In this document: piece after piece, positions 38,575-51,999 of the stretch
How the letters are laid out: every line of letters starts with the position of its first letter
Numbering within the stretch: position 1 is the first letter of the stretch
Source: Isurus oxyrinchus
Lineage: Eukaryota
DNA: 64,000 nt
Assembly (NCBI GenBank): GCA_026770705.1
Contig: JANJGN010000008.1
Location: forward strand, 153,078,001 to 153,142,000
Direction: 5' to 3'
The notes under the pieces: generated by a model
What the model was told of the DNA's origin: nothing
What the model saw: the letters and a program-made list of their open reading frames with translations, nothing else
The model's database searches: none
Made by a program: the position numbers and the translations under genes

Positions 38575-40589
38575 CTACAGAAAAATAAAATGTGAATGCA
38601 AATGTCATCTTTAAGAATTATTTCGTTTTTCCTAATTACACAAAGCCAAAAGAAAAAAATCCACTTTGCATCCACATCAACTTTTACACTAAAATTAGCA
38701 GAAGGAATTTCACCCTCATGAAAATAAGGACTAGTGCATTCAAGAATATCGGAGCAGATTCTCCCCATTCTCTATTCACACGAAAACACAATTGCATTCT
38801 TTGTGTAAACATTGTTCCTGAAAGCATTCTCCAGATTTTCTCACACATTGCAAGGGCAGAACATTAAAAAAATTACAATGGGGTTTGTTCAAACATACAA
38901 GATTGTACACCATGTACTTTTGTCAGGTAAAGAGGTGACAAAGATACTGATTGGCTAACAATTTCCTTATAATGGCTCGGATTTTACATCATGAACAACA
39001 GTGAGCATAACAGCAATCACTGTTGTTGCTGAGAAATTTGGACAGCAACCTCCAGAGTAGACACTTGTGCAGTTAAACACAGAAATCTGGAAGTTGTGGT
39101 CTGAGTGACCCTGCTCCTCCATAGATTGTGCTGCAACAGAACCTCAACGTGGCATTGGAATCAATCTAAAGGTGTGAAGTGGCGATACTTATCCATTAGT
39201 TACCCACTAAACACACCGGAAAAAGTTAGGCCTGTTGCATTCAGCTACAAGTGAATTTCTAATGGCATTGTTATGATATGGCAGGTTGTGTTTGCCAGGC
39301 AGACCAAATCCCAAGAGAAATTTAGCCAAGCTACCACAGCGATTCTGCAGTTTGTATTTATTACGTGAAGGTATGTGCACTGAAGTCAGAAGTAAAGAGT
39401 CCACTACCACCTTTGAAGATTTTAAATAATAAACTAAAACATTTATTAACAAAAAAAACTTAAACACACAAGATTACAGTTACACAGTTAAATTTAGTCT
39501 TACATTTCCCAAAGGATTACTACTTAGCTAGACTCCCAAATAAACACCCTTTTCCAGGCAGTAGTCCTAAAAGATTCTTAATATATAAAAACATCCAGTA
39601 ATATTACCGCAAGGCACCCACTGTTTCTGTAAGGGAGGTACTTCATAGTTTCTCTTTCCCTCTTGCTCGACGATGCAACTCTAAGGCTTTTAACAAAATC
39701 TTGCTTTCTAAAACAAGTGAACACTTCTCTGGGGTGGCTAGAGGCTGCTTTTTCACAAGTCTGTTTTACACAGCCCACCTTTCAAGATCTCACATCACCA
39801 CTCACACCATACAGTTTTCAATCTTTCCTTAAGTATATTTTCTCGTTTCTGTTCTGTAAATTAATTGTTTCAACCTTGTTTTGGAAGTTACTTTTCCCAG
39901 AATATAAAAATATTTCATGTTGTCCTTATGGCTAACACTTATGGGAAAAATAAAGTTAATAACTTTGCCTTATTGATCTACAATTTTGCCAGTTATAAAA
40001 CATCCAGTCATGCCCCTTTGAAATTCAAACAGCTAACAATTCACTTCTGACTTATCTCCTGATGCAAATTCCCATTCATATTGTATCTACTGGGACCCCA
40101 TATTAGCTCATCCATCTCCATTTCAGAATGCCTGTTTCTATCCCATCCCCTTGATGATTTAAACCTTGCAGTCTGACTGTCTNNNNNNNNNNNNNNNNNN
40201 NNNNNNNNNNNNNNNNNNNNNNNNNNNNNNNNNNNNNNNNNNNNNNNNNNNNNNNNNNNNNNNNNNNNNNNNNNNNNNNNNNNNNNNNNNNNNNNNNNNN
40301 NNNNNNNNNNNNNNNNNNNNNNNNNNNNNNNNNNNTTCACAGCATCCTGCAGTAATATTAAGAAAAAATGATATTTCCTTTACAGTATATTCAGCCATAA
40401 TTACTTGCAAACAACCTCTCTGAGAACTGGCATAATTCAATGCCTCTGAGACTTTTGATGAAGCACTGAAGTCCTGGGTAGCAAACTGTATATGTACAAT
40501 AAGTGCAGAAATTCATGGGCTTGATCATATCTTGCCAATCATTTGTCCTAAACATAACCTCAGATCAAGTTTAAGGATGGTTAATAATT

Positions 40590-40965
40590 GATGAAAAAAA
40601 GAGACATGTCTAAGCTTTTCATCTTGCACTCATCAGGACACTTCACAAGAATACCAATATAACAACTTATACTGAAGGTGCAGAGAGTGCTGATTAGTTG
40701 GCAAATGGGGTTGCCATGGATAATGCACCACTGATAGTGAATGACAGTTAACTGCCAAGCATTGTTTGGAACTTAAACCACAGAGCTTGACCCTGATTAG
40801 TCAAGGCATTGCCCTGAGGAATGAGTCAGTGATTGGCTGTCACTTATTTTGTTTATCTGAAACAAGCACCATGTGTGTACATGTTCTTTCTATCTGCAAA
40901 CAGGGCCTTGTACAGTAATATATGTAGCTTCCAGTACATGCAAATGTGATGGTTAATAAGCTCTT
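40590..40965 (-). mobile_element. Penelope-like element family 2, 3' portion
   Basis: Homologous to 48030-48330 and 56185-56510. Confidence 0.7.
40607..40640 (-). ncRNA. Minimal type I hammerhead ribozyme motif (PLE family 2)
   Basis: Minus strand UGUC-CUGAUGA-GUGCAAGAU-GAAA-AGCU-UA-GACA: stem I UGUC/GACA and palindromic AAGCUU stem III. Confidence 0.68.
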
Positions 40966-41196
40966 GATGATGAATGCAGAACTTGGAAGTTGCTGATTCC
41001 AGCAATATACGCTACCCCCAAAAAATGATGCATTTAAGACGAAGAGAATAAACAACCACATTTAAACATACAGGCTTGGGCGAATGTTCGCACAAAGAAT
41101 GCATCTGTATTTTAGTACAATTAGAAAACGGAGAAAATCTTCCCCAATTTGATGAATACAGTTTTCATTTTTCTTTTATTGCATTTTATCACCCAC

Positions 41197-41245
41197 CTGA
41201 ATTCCCCACAGTGGCAGAGGTCTGTTCACCCAAAGTATAGATCCC
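41197..41245 (-). CDS. KCNT1: KCNT channel coding exon (49 bp)
   Basis: ttttgttatttacag|G GGA TCT ATA CTT TGG GTG AAC AGA ... ATT CAG|gtgggt; encodes GSILWVNRPLPLWGIQ. Confidence 0.93.
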
Positions 41246-41649
41246 CTGTAAATAACAAAAAAAGCGAAGCACAGTTGAATGTACCTTTCAAAATCTGCGT
41301 TCTACCCAGCCATTCATTCATTTCACTTCTGAGTGGCATTATAAATCTAATTTTTTCTTGGGAGATGGGCGTCACTGGCAAGGGCAGCATTTGTTGCCCA
41401 TCCCTAATTGCCCTTGAGAAGATGGTGGTGAACTGCCTTCTTTAACTGCTGCAGTCCATGTGATGTAGGTGCACCCACAGTGTTAATGGAGAGGGAGTTC
41501 CAGGAGGCTAAAGAAACTGCAAAACTGACGACATTCATGATCAGGTATAAATCTGAAGCCTCATCTTCTGAGGGTATGGACAGCGATAAAAGAAAATGAC
41601 AATAATTCCATCTGCAAATCTGTTGCCACCTGAGCTATCTCTGCCAATA

Positions 41650-42165
41650 AGTAGTAGTTGTGATCTGTTAAAGGACAGGTCCTCTGTTCATTTCCACACA
41701 TCTCAAAGTCTTGCACTTTCCTCTTCTGTTGTTCGTAGTGGCCTCCCATATGCAATTTCATCTTGTCAAATTTCATCATTCTCTTTTTCCCTCTTGACCT
41801 ATGTCCCCCTAATCTTCCTTCAATCACCTTCTTCAGTAAGACCTCATGCCTTAGAATATGACAAATCCAACTTTGCTGCCTTTCCTTGATATTCATTAAC
41901 AATCTTTCCTGCTCCACCACCCTCAGAGTTTCTTCACGGCTCTGTTCTCTCGAACTGACACTCTCCATCCTTCTCCAGAACCACAATTCACAATGTTCTA
42001 GACTTTGGATGTTGATTGTTCTCAAGGTTCATGTTTCAGTTGCGCAGAACAAGACCTTCCAAATCACAGAATTGATCATTTTTTTTCTTAAGATCTCTAC
42101 TCATTCCTACACTGAGCGATTCTTTATGTCAGCAGAATGCATCCTTTGCCACTGCTATGCCATAA
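41650..42165 (-). mobile_element. RTE-clade LINE ORF2 C-terminal remnant
   Basis: IAVAKDAF..LKKKMINSVIWKVLFCATET* followed by ELWFWRRM..EETLRVVEQER..WICHILRHEVLLKKVIEGRLGGHRSRG, matching the RTE post-RT pattern EMWCWRRM..NEEVL..WIGHILR..IIEG..GKR.RG. Confidence 0.8.
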
Positions 42166-42405
42166 GCATTCTAAAACTTTGCTTGCAGCAGCAGCACCAG
42201 TGCACACTTGATGTTGCACTGATGCACTAAACTAACCTATGGGATTCTCCTTAGTTAATAAGCATCGGCAGGGGTCATGGGGTGGGTAAATCAGAGGGCA
42301 GGTGGCGCTTTCAAGAGTCGAAAGGGTCTAGAGTTAGGCTGCAAGGCTGAAGATTGGACGCTTGATGGGCAAAGGCTGGAATGGGAGTGAGAACAGTCTC
42401 CTTCT

Positions 42406-45400
42406 TGTCGTGAACACTTTAATAAAAGAAAATGGTTCATCTTCAAGGATTAAGGACATTGTGGAAGAATTTGTGTTTTAAAAGACACTGCCCCTTAAAG
42501 GGTTAATGCAGGGCTCTGGGGAAAAAAAAAACATCCTTTTACAAGAAAAGGTAATTAAGCAGTTGACAAAAGGCTGGAAACTTCTTGACCCGGGTGAACT
42601 GCGTATGAAGGTGGGTCACACGGTTTTTATGGCTCTGAGAAAAAACCTTGCCGGGTAGACCGTGGCCAGTATTTCACATTCGGTGTGCGGGGAACTGGGC
42701 CCGACAGGCCGGAATGTAAAATGATGCGCGATGATGTCAAGAGTGTGTCCCAACGTCATCGCACTGTCTCACGATATTTCATTTGGCGGGCGCATGCCGG
42801 AGCTGGCTGCGCACCCGCCGATAATCGAAAGGCCTAATAAGGCCATTAACGAAGTAATTAATGTCAAGTTTACGCGGCGCAGGCAAGAAGGCCAAGCGGC
42901 CTTTACGTTTTTTAGGAAACCTCATCCAAGATCGGGGCGAGGTTTCCTAAAGCTTTTATGGATTAAATAAAAGCTTTTTCTGAAAAATAAAAACATGTCC
43001 CATCTCATGTGACACAGTCACATGGGGGGACATGTTTCATTACATTTTTATTGCGTTTATTTATTTCAAAGGCACTTTAATCCGGCGCCTCAGGGAAATT
43101 GAAGCGTTCTCTCATGTGCACACTCGAAAGAGCACTGGACCCGACTCTCTCTCCTCCCCCCGCCTGCACAGATAGCGCTCAGTGCTACCGCTCGCGTATT
43201 AAGCTGGGTGGGCATCAATTGGTCCACCCGCGTAAAATGGTGGTGCGGAGCCGATCGCGGGCGGTGGTTGACTCTGCGACCTCTCCCGCCGAGCCTGCCC
43301 ATCACAGAAAAAATTCAGGCCAGTGTTTTAAAAGCGGGTTTTGGTTTTGCTTTTGAGAAGAGAAGGATCAACTACTTGAGAAGGAAGACAACACCCTTTT
43401 TGCAGTCCAGAGCCAGTCCACAGCCAAAGTGAACAGAAGCTGCTGCTAAGTTGCTACATGCAGTAGAGTACCTGCCAGGGGTTGCAGGTTCAAATCTTGG
43501 ACAAGCCCCCAATCTATGTTAAGACTGGGATGACATACCTGTGAGTAATTCTCGAGCTCATCTGAAAAGCAGTGCCGGAGCCATTGATTGTTTCACGGTC
43601 AGTGCTGAGAGACCAATTGTATGACCCAGACACCATTTCAAGGACTCCACCATCTATCCTTTGCCTTTGAACCATTGACTTTTGACCTTTAGCAGAGTTC
43701 CTCCACTTCTATTTTTATTTAATTCATTGTATGTGTGTGAGTATGTGCACGTGTGAGTGTTTGTATGTGTNNNNNNNNNNNNNNNNNNNNNNNNNNNNNN
43801 NNNNNNNNNNNNNNNNNNNNNNNNNNNNNNNNNNNNNNNNNNNNNNNNNNNNNNNNNNNNNNNNNNNNNNNNNNNNNNNNNNNNNNNNNNNNNNNNNNNN
43901 NNNNATGCGACAGAGAGTGACTTAGGATATCTCGAAAGAGTAATTAGTATAATTTCATATTCCATATCCTATGTTGATAAGCTTTGCCCTTCTATTTGAC
44001 AAGATTGGTTTCATAATAAACCAATAGGTTTGTTGTTTATTGAAAAAAGCCTGGTTAAAGTCTCTTTTATTCTGGGTACCAGCAGTGAAGGCAAACACTC
44101 TTTTGGTGAGTAAATTAAACTTTTAAACTAATGCTACAACCTGTGGTGTAGTGAGGCTAAATCAATTGCGTACTCCTCCCATTTCAGTTGTAACATAGAT
44201 TGGGGGCTTGTCCAGAATTTGAACCCAGGACCTGTTGCAGGTACTCTATCCAAGCACATAGCAACTTAGGAGCAGCTTCTTTCACTTCTGGCTGTGGATT
44301 GGCTCTGGGCTGCAAAAAGGCTGCTGTCCTCCTTCTCAAGCAGTTGGTCCTTCTCTTCTCAAAAGCAAAACCAAAACCCACTTTTAAAATGCTTCCAGGC
44401 ATGGCTTTTTTTCAGAGCCATAAAAACCACATGAGCCCCTTTGTGCACAGCTCACCAGGGTCAACAGGTTTCTATAACATAAAAGCAAAATACTGTGGAT
44501 ACTGGAAATCTAAAATATAAACAGAAAACGCTGGAAAAACTCAGCAGGCCTGACAGCATTTGTGGAGAGAGAAAAACAGAGTTAACGTTTTGAGTCCAAA
44601 TGGCTCTTCTTCAGAGAATAAATATTATTTATTCAAGAGGTTTCCAGTTTTTTTTCAACGGCTTAATTACCTTTACTTGTAAAAGGATGCTTTTTACAGG
44701 AATAGCAATCAGAGTCCTGCATTAACCCTTTAAGAGACAGTGGGCAGGACTTTTAGCATGGCAGGTGGGCGCGCGCCTGAGCCGACTGAGTGTGAAATGA
44801 TGCGTGATGACATCGGCCAAGCATGCCAATGTCAATGGGCAGTCGCGCGCTAGTTCAGTCGGCAGCGCACCCGCCGACAATGAAAAGGCCTATTAAGGCC
44901 ATTAAGTTATCAACTGTGCTGAATTTTTCACTGCCCGTTCAACCTAACGGCTGACGGGCAGGCGAAAAGGCCAAGGGGCCTCCCGCCTATCCACGGGCGG
45001 GATGAGGTATCCAAGATCAAAAACAAATGAAATAAGATCTTTAATTTTTACTTAAAAACATGTCCCTGCTCATGTGACATGTTTTATAACGTTCTTGTGC
45101 TGTTTAAAAATTTTTCCAATATATTCTTCACCCCCCCGAGACAGCTCCGTGCCTCAGGGAGATTATTCGCCGCTCTTTCGCTCGCGCGCGTGTGTGAAGT
45201 TTGCGCTAGGCCTGCTCGCCCTCCTCCAGCGCTCAGCACCACCGCTCGCGTATCACGCTGGGTGGGCCTTAATTGGCCCGCCCGCGTAAAATCACAGAGC
45301 ACCCTCCCCCACTGATCCTGCACGCCCAGGGCAAAATTCCGCCCAGCGTTTCATAAAATACAAATTCTTCCAGAGTGTCCTTAATCCTTGAAGATGAGTC

Positions 45401-45410
45401 ATTTCTGTGG
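42406..45410. mobile_element. Two inverted copies of an LTR-like repeat (plus ~42406-44195; minus ~44185-45410), each with its own Harbinger MITE (42664-43321; 44742-45344); a PLE end lies at 44480-44617
   Basis: 43322-43530 is the reverse complement of 44185-44392; 42430-42590 is the reverse complement of 44630-44741 plus 45345-45405. Confidence 0.7.
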
Positions 45411-46066
45411 TTAGAGTGTGCATGACTCTTCTCAAGTCTTTTCATTTCAGTATAAGGCAGTCAGTAATAGTTATTGGTTGTATTACAGACATAAGGGGGG
45501 TTTAATTTAAAACAGGCCTGATTCCTCCCCTCACTACCCTTCTGTAAATAGAAAGGCCATTTTGGTTTTTGATTTGCCCCTTTACAATGAGAGAATGCTG
45601 GTTTCCTCTAATAAGATAGTGAGCTGCATAGCAAATAAGAAGCTCATTCTTCGTTCCAGTTGTGAGTGTAAGTTCCAACAGTGACTGCACGGTAACCACA
45701 CTAACCATAGTGGTAATAGTAGGCGCAGAACTGCACGGCCTGAGTTATAGTTTCTCCTGTTTTCTATTTTTTTTGTGAAAAAGTAACTTAAATATAAAAT
45801 GATGTCCCCTGCTCTATATTCTTAGCTTTTCATTGCTTAAAAACAGGAAATGGAGGAAATTATACCCCATTCGTTTTCTCAAAATGAGGAATGTGGAATA
45901 GAAGATAAAAAATGGTCAGTTTTCTGTGAATATGTGTCACTAAAGATTTACCCTTCTAGCCTTTACAAATCAGAAATATGCCATTAGACTTTAAGATTCA
46001 ATTTTCTCTCCCAACACCCCAAAAGAAAGCTAGCTCAAGCACATACCTCTCCAGAGAGTCACTTAC

Positions 46067-46123
46067 CAATCTATTTCATCATTGGGTAATGGATTAGAAT
46101 AATTCCTCTTTATACATCCCCAG
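46067..46123 (-). CDS. KCNT1: KCNT channel coding exon (57 bp; S1-S2 extracellular loop)
   Basis: ttttctcttag|C TGG GGA TGT ATA AAG AGG AAT TAT TCT ... ATA GAT TG|gtaagt; encodes WGCIKRNYSNPLPNDEID(W), homologous to KCNT1 WGCPKQNYSFNDSSSEINW, with the NYS sequon retained. Confidence 0.92.
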
Positions 46124-46349
46124 CTAAGAGAAAATCCATAAATAGACAAAAAGGTATCATCAGTAAAACACAAAGGTACTTGGACAAGCCATTCCACACA
46201 ATGAAATGTCCCAAGGTACTATACAAGGAACAAGTAGTACAGACAAGTTAAAAGGAGACAACTTAATGTGTAGCTAGAGAGATGGATGTTCAGGAAGCTT
46301 TTGAAGGCGAGATGATAAGTGCTAAGGTGACGAGGTTATCAGAGAATCA

Positions 46350-46880
46350 AACAGCACTGAAGGAGGCCATTCAGCCCATTGTGCCTGTCTTCGAAAGAAC
46401 AGCCGAATTAGATCCACTCACCAGCCTTTCTCCCCCTAACATTTCATTTTTTTCTTTTTCAAGCATATATCCAATTCCCGTTTGAAATTTACCACTGAAT
46501 TTAGTTCCATCGCCCTTTCGGGCAGTGTGCTTCAGACCTCAACAACTCGTTGAATAAAAAACTCTTGTTATCTTTTTCTGGTTCTTTGTCCAATTTTCTA
46601 AAATCTCATCTCTCTGGTCTCTGGCCAGTGAAAACAGTTTCCCTTTACAGGGGGTTTTGATAGAGTGGACGATTTTTTTCACCTTTATTAGACCTCCCAT
46701 AACCTTTTCTGCCCAAAGGAGAACAATCCTGACTTCTCTAGTCTCTCCGCGTAACTGAAATCCCTCATTCCACATATCATTCTGAAAAAACCTCTCTACA
46801 CCTTCACCAAGGCCCTAACACCTTCACAAAAGTATGGTGCCCAGAAATTGACATAATACGCCAGCTGAGGCCCAACCGAT
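46350..46880 (-). mobile_element. Degenerate CR1 LINE 3' fragment
   Basis: gaaggaggccattcagccc tail and aaggagaacaatcctgacttctcta (LEKLGLFS-like on the minus strand). Confidence 0.65.
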
Positions 46881-46911
46881 GACTAATAAAGGTTTTAAGG
46901 AAGTGAACTTA

Positions 46912-47460
46912 GGCGAGGATCTTCTGGTCGGCGAGCGGGGGTGGGGTGGGGGGCCTGCTTGCCAATGCGTAAAATGAAGTAGGATGACATTGGGTGGAAC
47001 TCCCGACGTCACCTCGCGTCATTTCCATTTTCAGGTCAGCGGGGGCACAGCCAAGTCAGCTGGGCGCCCACCGACCTGTCAATGGCCTATTGAGGCCATT
47101 TAAAAAGTAATTAAGGTCAATAATAGACCTGCCCATCCAAGTTTCGGGTTGGCATGCAGGCCGGGAACCCTGGCGGGCTTATGATAAAGCATGAAACCTC
47201 AACCACGGGCAGGATGAAGTTTCATGAGGGTTTGTAAATATTTAATAAAAGTTTCATTAAAAGTGATGGACATGTCCCAACTCATGTGACAGTGTCACAT
47301 GAGGGGACATGTCAGGGAAATGTTAATATCATTTGCTTAGCATTTTTGAATTTGGCGCCGATCTCCCTGAGGCAGCACTTATCTTCAGGGAGATCAATGG
47401 GATGACATGGCGTGAAAGCCCGCCATTGCAGCTGGCAGGTAAAATGACGATTTTCCCACC
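46912..47460. mobile_element. PIF/Harbinger-type MITE
   Basis: Starts ggcgaggatctt; family hairpins at 47191-47226, 47269-47312, 47363-47392. Confidence 0.7.
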
Positions 47461-48029
47461 CACTACTGTACTTTGTGCAAATCTGGGACGATTCTGCCCT
47501 CTGTCACCAGCATTGGGGTGGATCTGGGAGGGTGGAGGGTGCATTGTAGGGCACAGGCTTGTAGAAGATTTAAGGCAGTGTGGCATAATAAGGCCAAGGG
47601 GGGATTTGAAAAGGAGGGAAAGGATTTTGAAGTTCATGCTCTGGGAGAATGGGAGTTCATGGACACGAGTGTACAGGACTCTGAATGAGATAAGCAACAG
47701 CTTACTGGATGAAATAAAAACAGAAAGTGCTGGAAAGCTCAGCAGGTCAGGTATCAGGTGTAGAGAGAGAAACAGATTTCACATTTCAGGCCGATGAACT
47801 TTCATCAGAACTAGGAATGAGCTGGCAGTTTCTGTAGGGTGGGGATGGAAAGCTGAACAAGAACTTTACAGGGCAAATTAGACCATGAGGTGATGTCTAT
47901 GGTCTTCACAATGGCAATGAGGGAATTCTAATCACATTCTTTGTTAAGTCAGTTTTAAATTATCCAAGTGATATTGATACAACAAGGAGAGTATGAAATT
48001 CTTTTATAATTGTTTGGTAGTACAGGACT

Positions 48030-48898
48030 TGAGTATTGCTGAAAAAGAGAGCCATACTGTTGAAGCATTTTGTCTTGCGCTCATCAGGACAGATGCAAGA
48101 ATGCTAAATTTCAAAGGTAGCAACAAATTACACTGTATGAGAAAAGGGTGCTTATTGGTTGGCCAGTCAGCTCTGATTGGTCGAGGCGTTGCCACGGGGA
48201 ATGCACCTGGGAGATATTGCTCCCCGTGCTTTTGTTTAATTAAAAAAGGTGTAATGCCTGGACATGCTCTTTCTGCTTGCAGAGGATGTATGAACACATG
48301 TAGCTTCTAGCAAGCATAAGTGAGCTACACTGCAAGCCTGATTGATAATCCTAAATTGGCTGTCGGTGTAATTCTTAGCACATTTGGGATTGTTCAACAA
48401 GTGCTGCCCAATCAAGAATCACACCAAATGTTTGACGTTGGGCAGGATTTCCGTCCCCCGCCTGCCGCCAGGATAGTCTGGTTTCCCCCAAAAGTCAATG
48501 GGCTTTAGGTTGGGCTGCCAAACCTCCCGTGATGGGTCCCGCCATGGCGGGGCTGGAAAATCCCGGCTGTTATGTTTCGAGTTTTGCAAGCACCGTTTCG
48601 TTGAATACCATCAATGCCCTGCTTATTGTGAACAGCTGAAGGGACGGGCTGTTTGAAACGATCGCCAGTCATTGGGATGTACAGCCTACATACCTGGCAT
48701 TGCACCAGCACTGAAATTCACTTACCACATCTCTCATCTGTGTGATAGGTGATGCCAACTGACTGGCCAAGCAATCAGTACCCTTACCTCATGCAGTATA
48801 AACTGTTGCTTCCTTTGAAATTTGGCATTCTGGAATCTGTCCTGATGAGTGCAAGATGAAAAGCTTTGACAGCATGTCTCTCTTTTCAGCAATACTCA
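48030..48898 (-). mobile_element. Penelope-like element family 2: GIY-YIG remnant flanked by inverted pLTRs, each with a hammerhead motif; short MITE inserted at 48440-48568
   Basis: Minus strand from 48730: VVSEFQCWCNARYVGCTSQ*LA/DRFKQ ... IGQHLLNNPKCAKNYTDSQFRII..HLCLLEAT..LCKQKEHV; termini tgagtattgctgaaaa / ttttcagcaatactca are inverted. Confidence 0.82.
48838..48871 (+). ncRNA. Minimal type I hammerhead ribozyme motif (PLE family 2)
   Basis: UGUC-CUGAUGA-GUGCAAGAU-GAAA-AGCU-UU-GACA. Confidence 0.68.
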
Positions 48899-51800
48899 GG
48901 TTATTTTCTGTTATAATTTCCTGCAAGATCTAAGCATTGTTTATTGCAGGATTGTTATAATTCAAAACTGTAAGGTATTACCTGTCATTCCTGGGAGTCA
49001 GTTCTCCAATTGTCTTGGCCAATATTTATCCCCTAAAACCAGCATCACTAAAACAGATTATCTGGTCATTATCACATTGCTTTTAGCGGTACCTTGTTGT
49101 GTGCAAATTGGCTGTCACATTTCCTTCATTACAACACTGGCTACGCCTCCAAAAGCACTCCATTACCTGCTAATCACTTTGAGACACCCTGAAAGTCATG
49201 ACAGGCGCTATCGAAATGCATGTTCTTTCTTTTTCTTTGAATGGCGTAGTGGCTGCAACATTCCAGAGGAAACAATCTTTTCACTGAATCAGTTTTATAA
49301 TTTGAAGCTCACCTCAGGTTGCAAAGGGACATTATCCTTATAATTAAAACTGCTTCAGAAGCAGACTTTAAACATTGGTTTCCATATTGCACAGTTCCCA
49401 CTACCTGACGCAAGTGCTATGGGCTGTACAATTAAGACCAGCACACTGGGACAGTTGAGGCTCAACTTAATGATAGACAACCAGCTGGGAAAGGAGATGG
49501 GATCAATCAATGAGGTGCAACATTTTTGGGTATGGCCAACAGGATGGTATCCACCGTGGTAGTGTTGAACTGAAGAAAATTGTAACTAAACCGGAGATTG
49601 ATGGCTGGCTAGCATACAGACAACACGTTGACAATGATCAGACAATATAGTGACAGAAGAGCAGTGCAGTAAGCAATGGACAGCAGAGTATGTGGTGGCC
49701 ACATTATACCACAGTGATAGCACAACAGTGAGACAGCGCAGTGACAGTCTGGTGATGTGGTGATAGTGGGGCAACTCTGCAGTGATAGAAGGTGACATAC
49801 TGGCCAACAGGACAGTACTGTAACAGTCTGACAAGAGTTAGATGCTGGGGCAACAGCACAGCAGTAGAACCGTGAAAGAATAAAGGGACAGAATGGGAGC
49901 AAAGCCAACAGTGGGAGAATGGTGACAGTCAGTGGAAGAACAGGCAACTGTTGGCGGATGGAAAGTGGGTGACTTTCTTTTATTTATTCTTTCACAGGAT
50001 GTGGACATTGCTGGCTAGGCCAGCATTTACTGCCCATAAAAAGGTGAACTGCTGCAGTCCATGTGACATAGGTACAGCCACCATGCTGTTATGAAGGAAG
50101 TACTTTGTAGCTGTTTGATACAACTGAGTGGCTTGCTGTAGGTCTGGAGTCACATGAAGGCTTAGGATGGCAGATTTTCTTCCTCAGTGAACCAGGTGGG
50201 TTTTTACGTCAATGGTCACTATTACTACGACTAGCTTTTAACTTCACCAGCTATCGTGGTGGGATTTGAACCCATGCCCCCAGAGGATTAGCCTGGGCCT
50301 CTGGATTACTAGGCCAGTGATATTACCACTAGACCACTGTCTCCCCTGGGAGGATGGATAATAGTGGGACAATGGGTGACAGTGGGGCAGGTGGTGGGCA
50401 AAGTTATGGCTTTGAGGTAGAGCCAAAGGTCATTGGTGTATATATAGAAGACTCATCTGACATCTTTTTAAAAAGTGGAATATCTCTGTTTTACACTTCC
50501 ATAGAGATAACACATAATACTTCTGTGGCTTATGGTGATCAAGGATTCTCTATCAGTCCACTAAAGTTGGTGGTGTGCTCACTCCAATCAGAATCATGGA
50601 AAGTGCTGCTATTGAACCTTTGTTCTTCCCCTTAACACACAGAAGAGAATTGAAACTTAATACCTATACGCTGCTAAAGATTGTCATTATAAATGCAAAT
50701 CATAGATAACAGCTGGAAGTCTATTACTGCCTCGAGTACTTAAGGTTTAGTAATGTCTCAAACTGTACACCATGATACAGAAACTAACGTTTAATGTCTG
50801 CCTCTGAAGCAATGTGGATCATGAGGGAAATGTTAAAGATATTATTTGAAAGTATATTAATTCAACTCGCACACATGGCAGTATCAGAAATTTAACCGCT
50901 AAATTCCCTGCTCAAACACATTCACAAACCAACAAAAACCATCGAGGATAGTAACGGGAAGCACTTTACAGTTAATCTTACTTCTTTTCAGCTGCACTAA
51001 TGGCAGCTTTAAGTTAAGGGTGAAAATTCAGCAATGTAAGTCCACATAGAATAGAAAGCACTGAAACAGGCCATTCGGCCCAATCAGTCCATGCTGGCAT
51101 TTATGCTCCACTTGAGTCCCTTCCAATTCTTCCCCATTTAACTTTATTGGCATAATCTCTGTTCCCTTCTTCCTTATATGCTTTGCCTGAAAAGTGTCTA
51201 GACGACTCGTTCCAATTTGATCTAAACAAAGCATTTTATGAAATTTTTATGTTTCTTTTGTTGACAATTGGTAGGGTCAGTGGTCAGGGAGATTCAGTAA
51301 ATATAGGATCTACCATGCCCTTGGCAAATCCCGCAAGTTTACCATGACAATATGGGACCTATCATCAGGAGCTGGTGGTACATAAGACATCTTAGCTGCA
51401 ACACAATCTCTCAGTAACATTTGAAATCTGGTTTGATGACATTTAGGGAAGAATCTTACCGCTTTTACAGATTTTCAGAGGTCGGAATCCAAACCAGGTC
51501 CCAACACCGCAGGTGATGCCTGGCAGCCCGCCTGTGGGATTTTACAAGAGGCAGCTTCTGGTGATGCCATCCAAATTAAGGGTGGCAGGCAGGACATGCG
51601 TCCGATTTGCTTGGTACAGAGGTGCCCTGCCAGGAGCCCAACTGGGAAGGCGAGCGCTGCTGCGGCAGGCAGGAGAACACGAGGGCATCTCAAGACGAAA
51701 CCACTCCATGGGATGGGTGGCAGCTGCAGCTATGGCCCAGCTGTCTGCGACTCCACTGGGGAGAAGGGGTTGGGGGGGGGGGGGGGGGTAAGTATAGGAG

Positions 51801-51999
51801 GTATTCCTGGCTTTCTTGTCAATGGAGGGCTGTCCACAGCTGGGAAGATTTCAGTGGCATCCCCAATCAGCTGCCATCGTGGAACTTGAACCCATGTCCC
51901 TCGGGCATTAGCTTAGGCCTCTGGATGACTTACTCAGTGGCATTACCCCTGCGCCTGCATTTCCCCCAGAGGTGTTGATTAAGCCTGGCAATCAATCTC

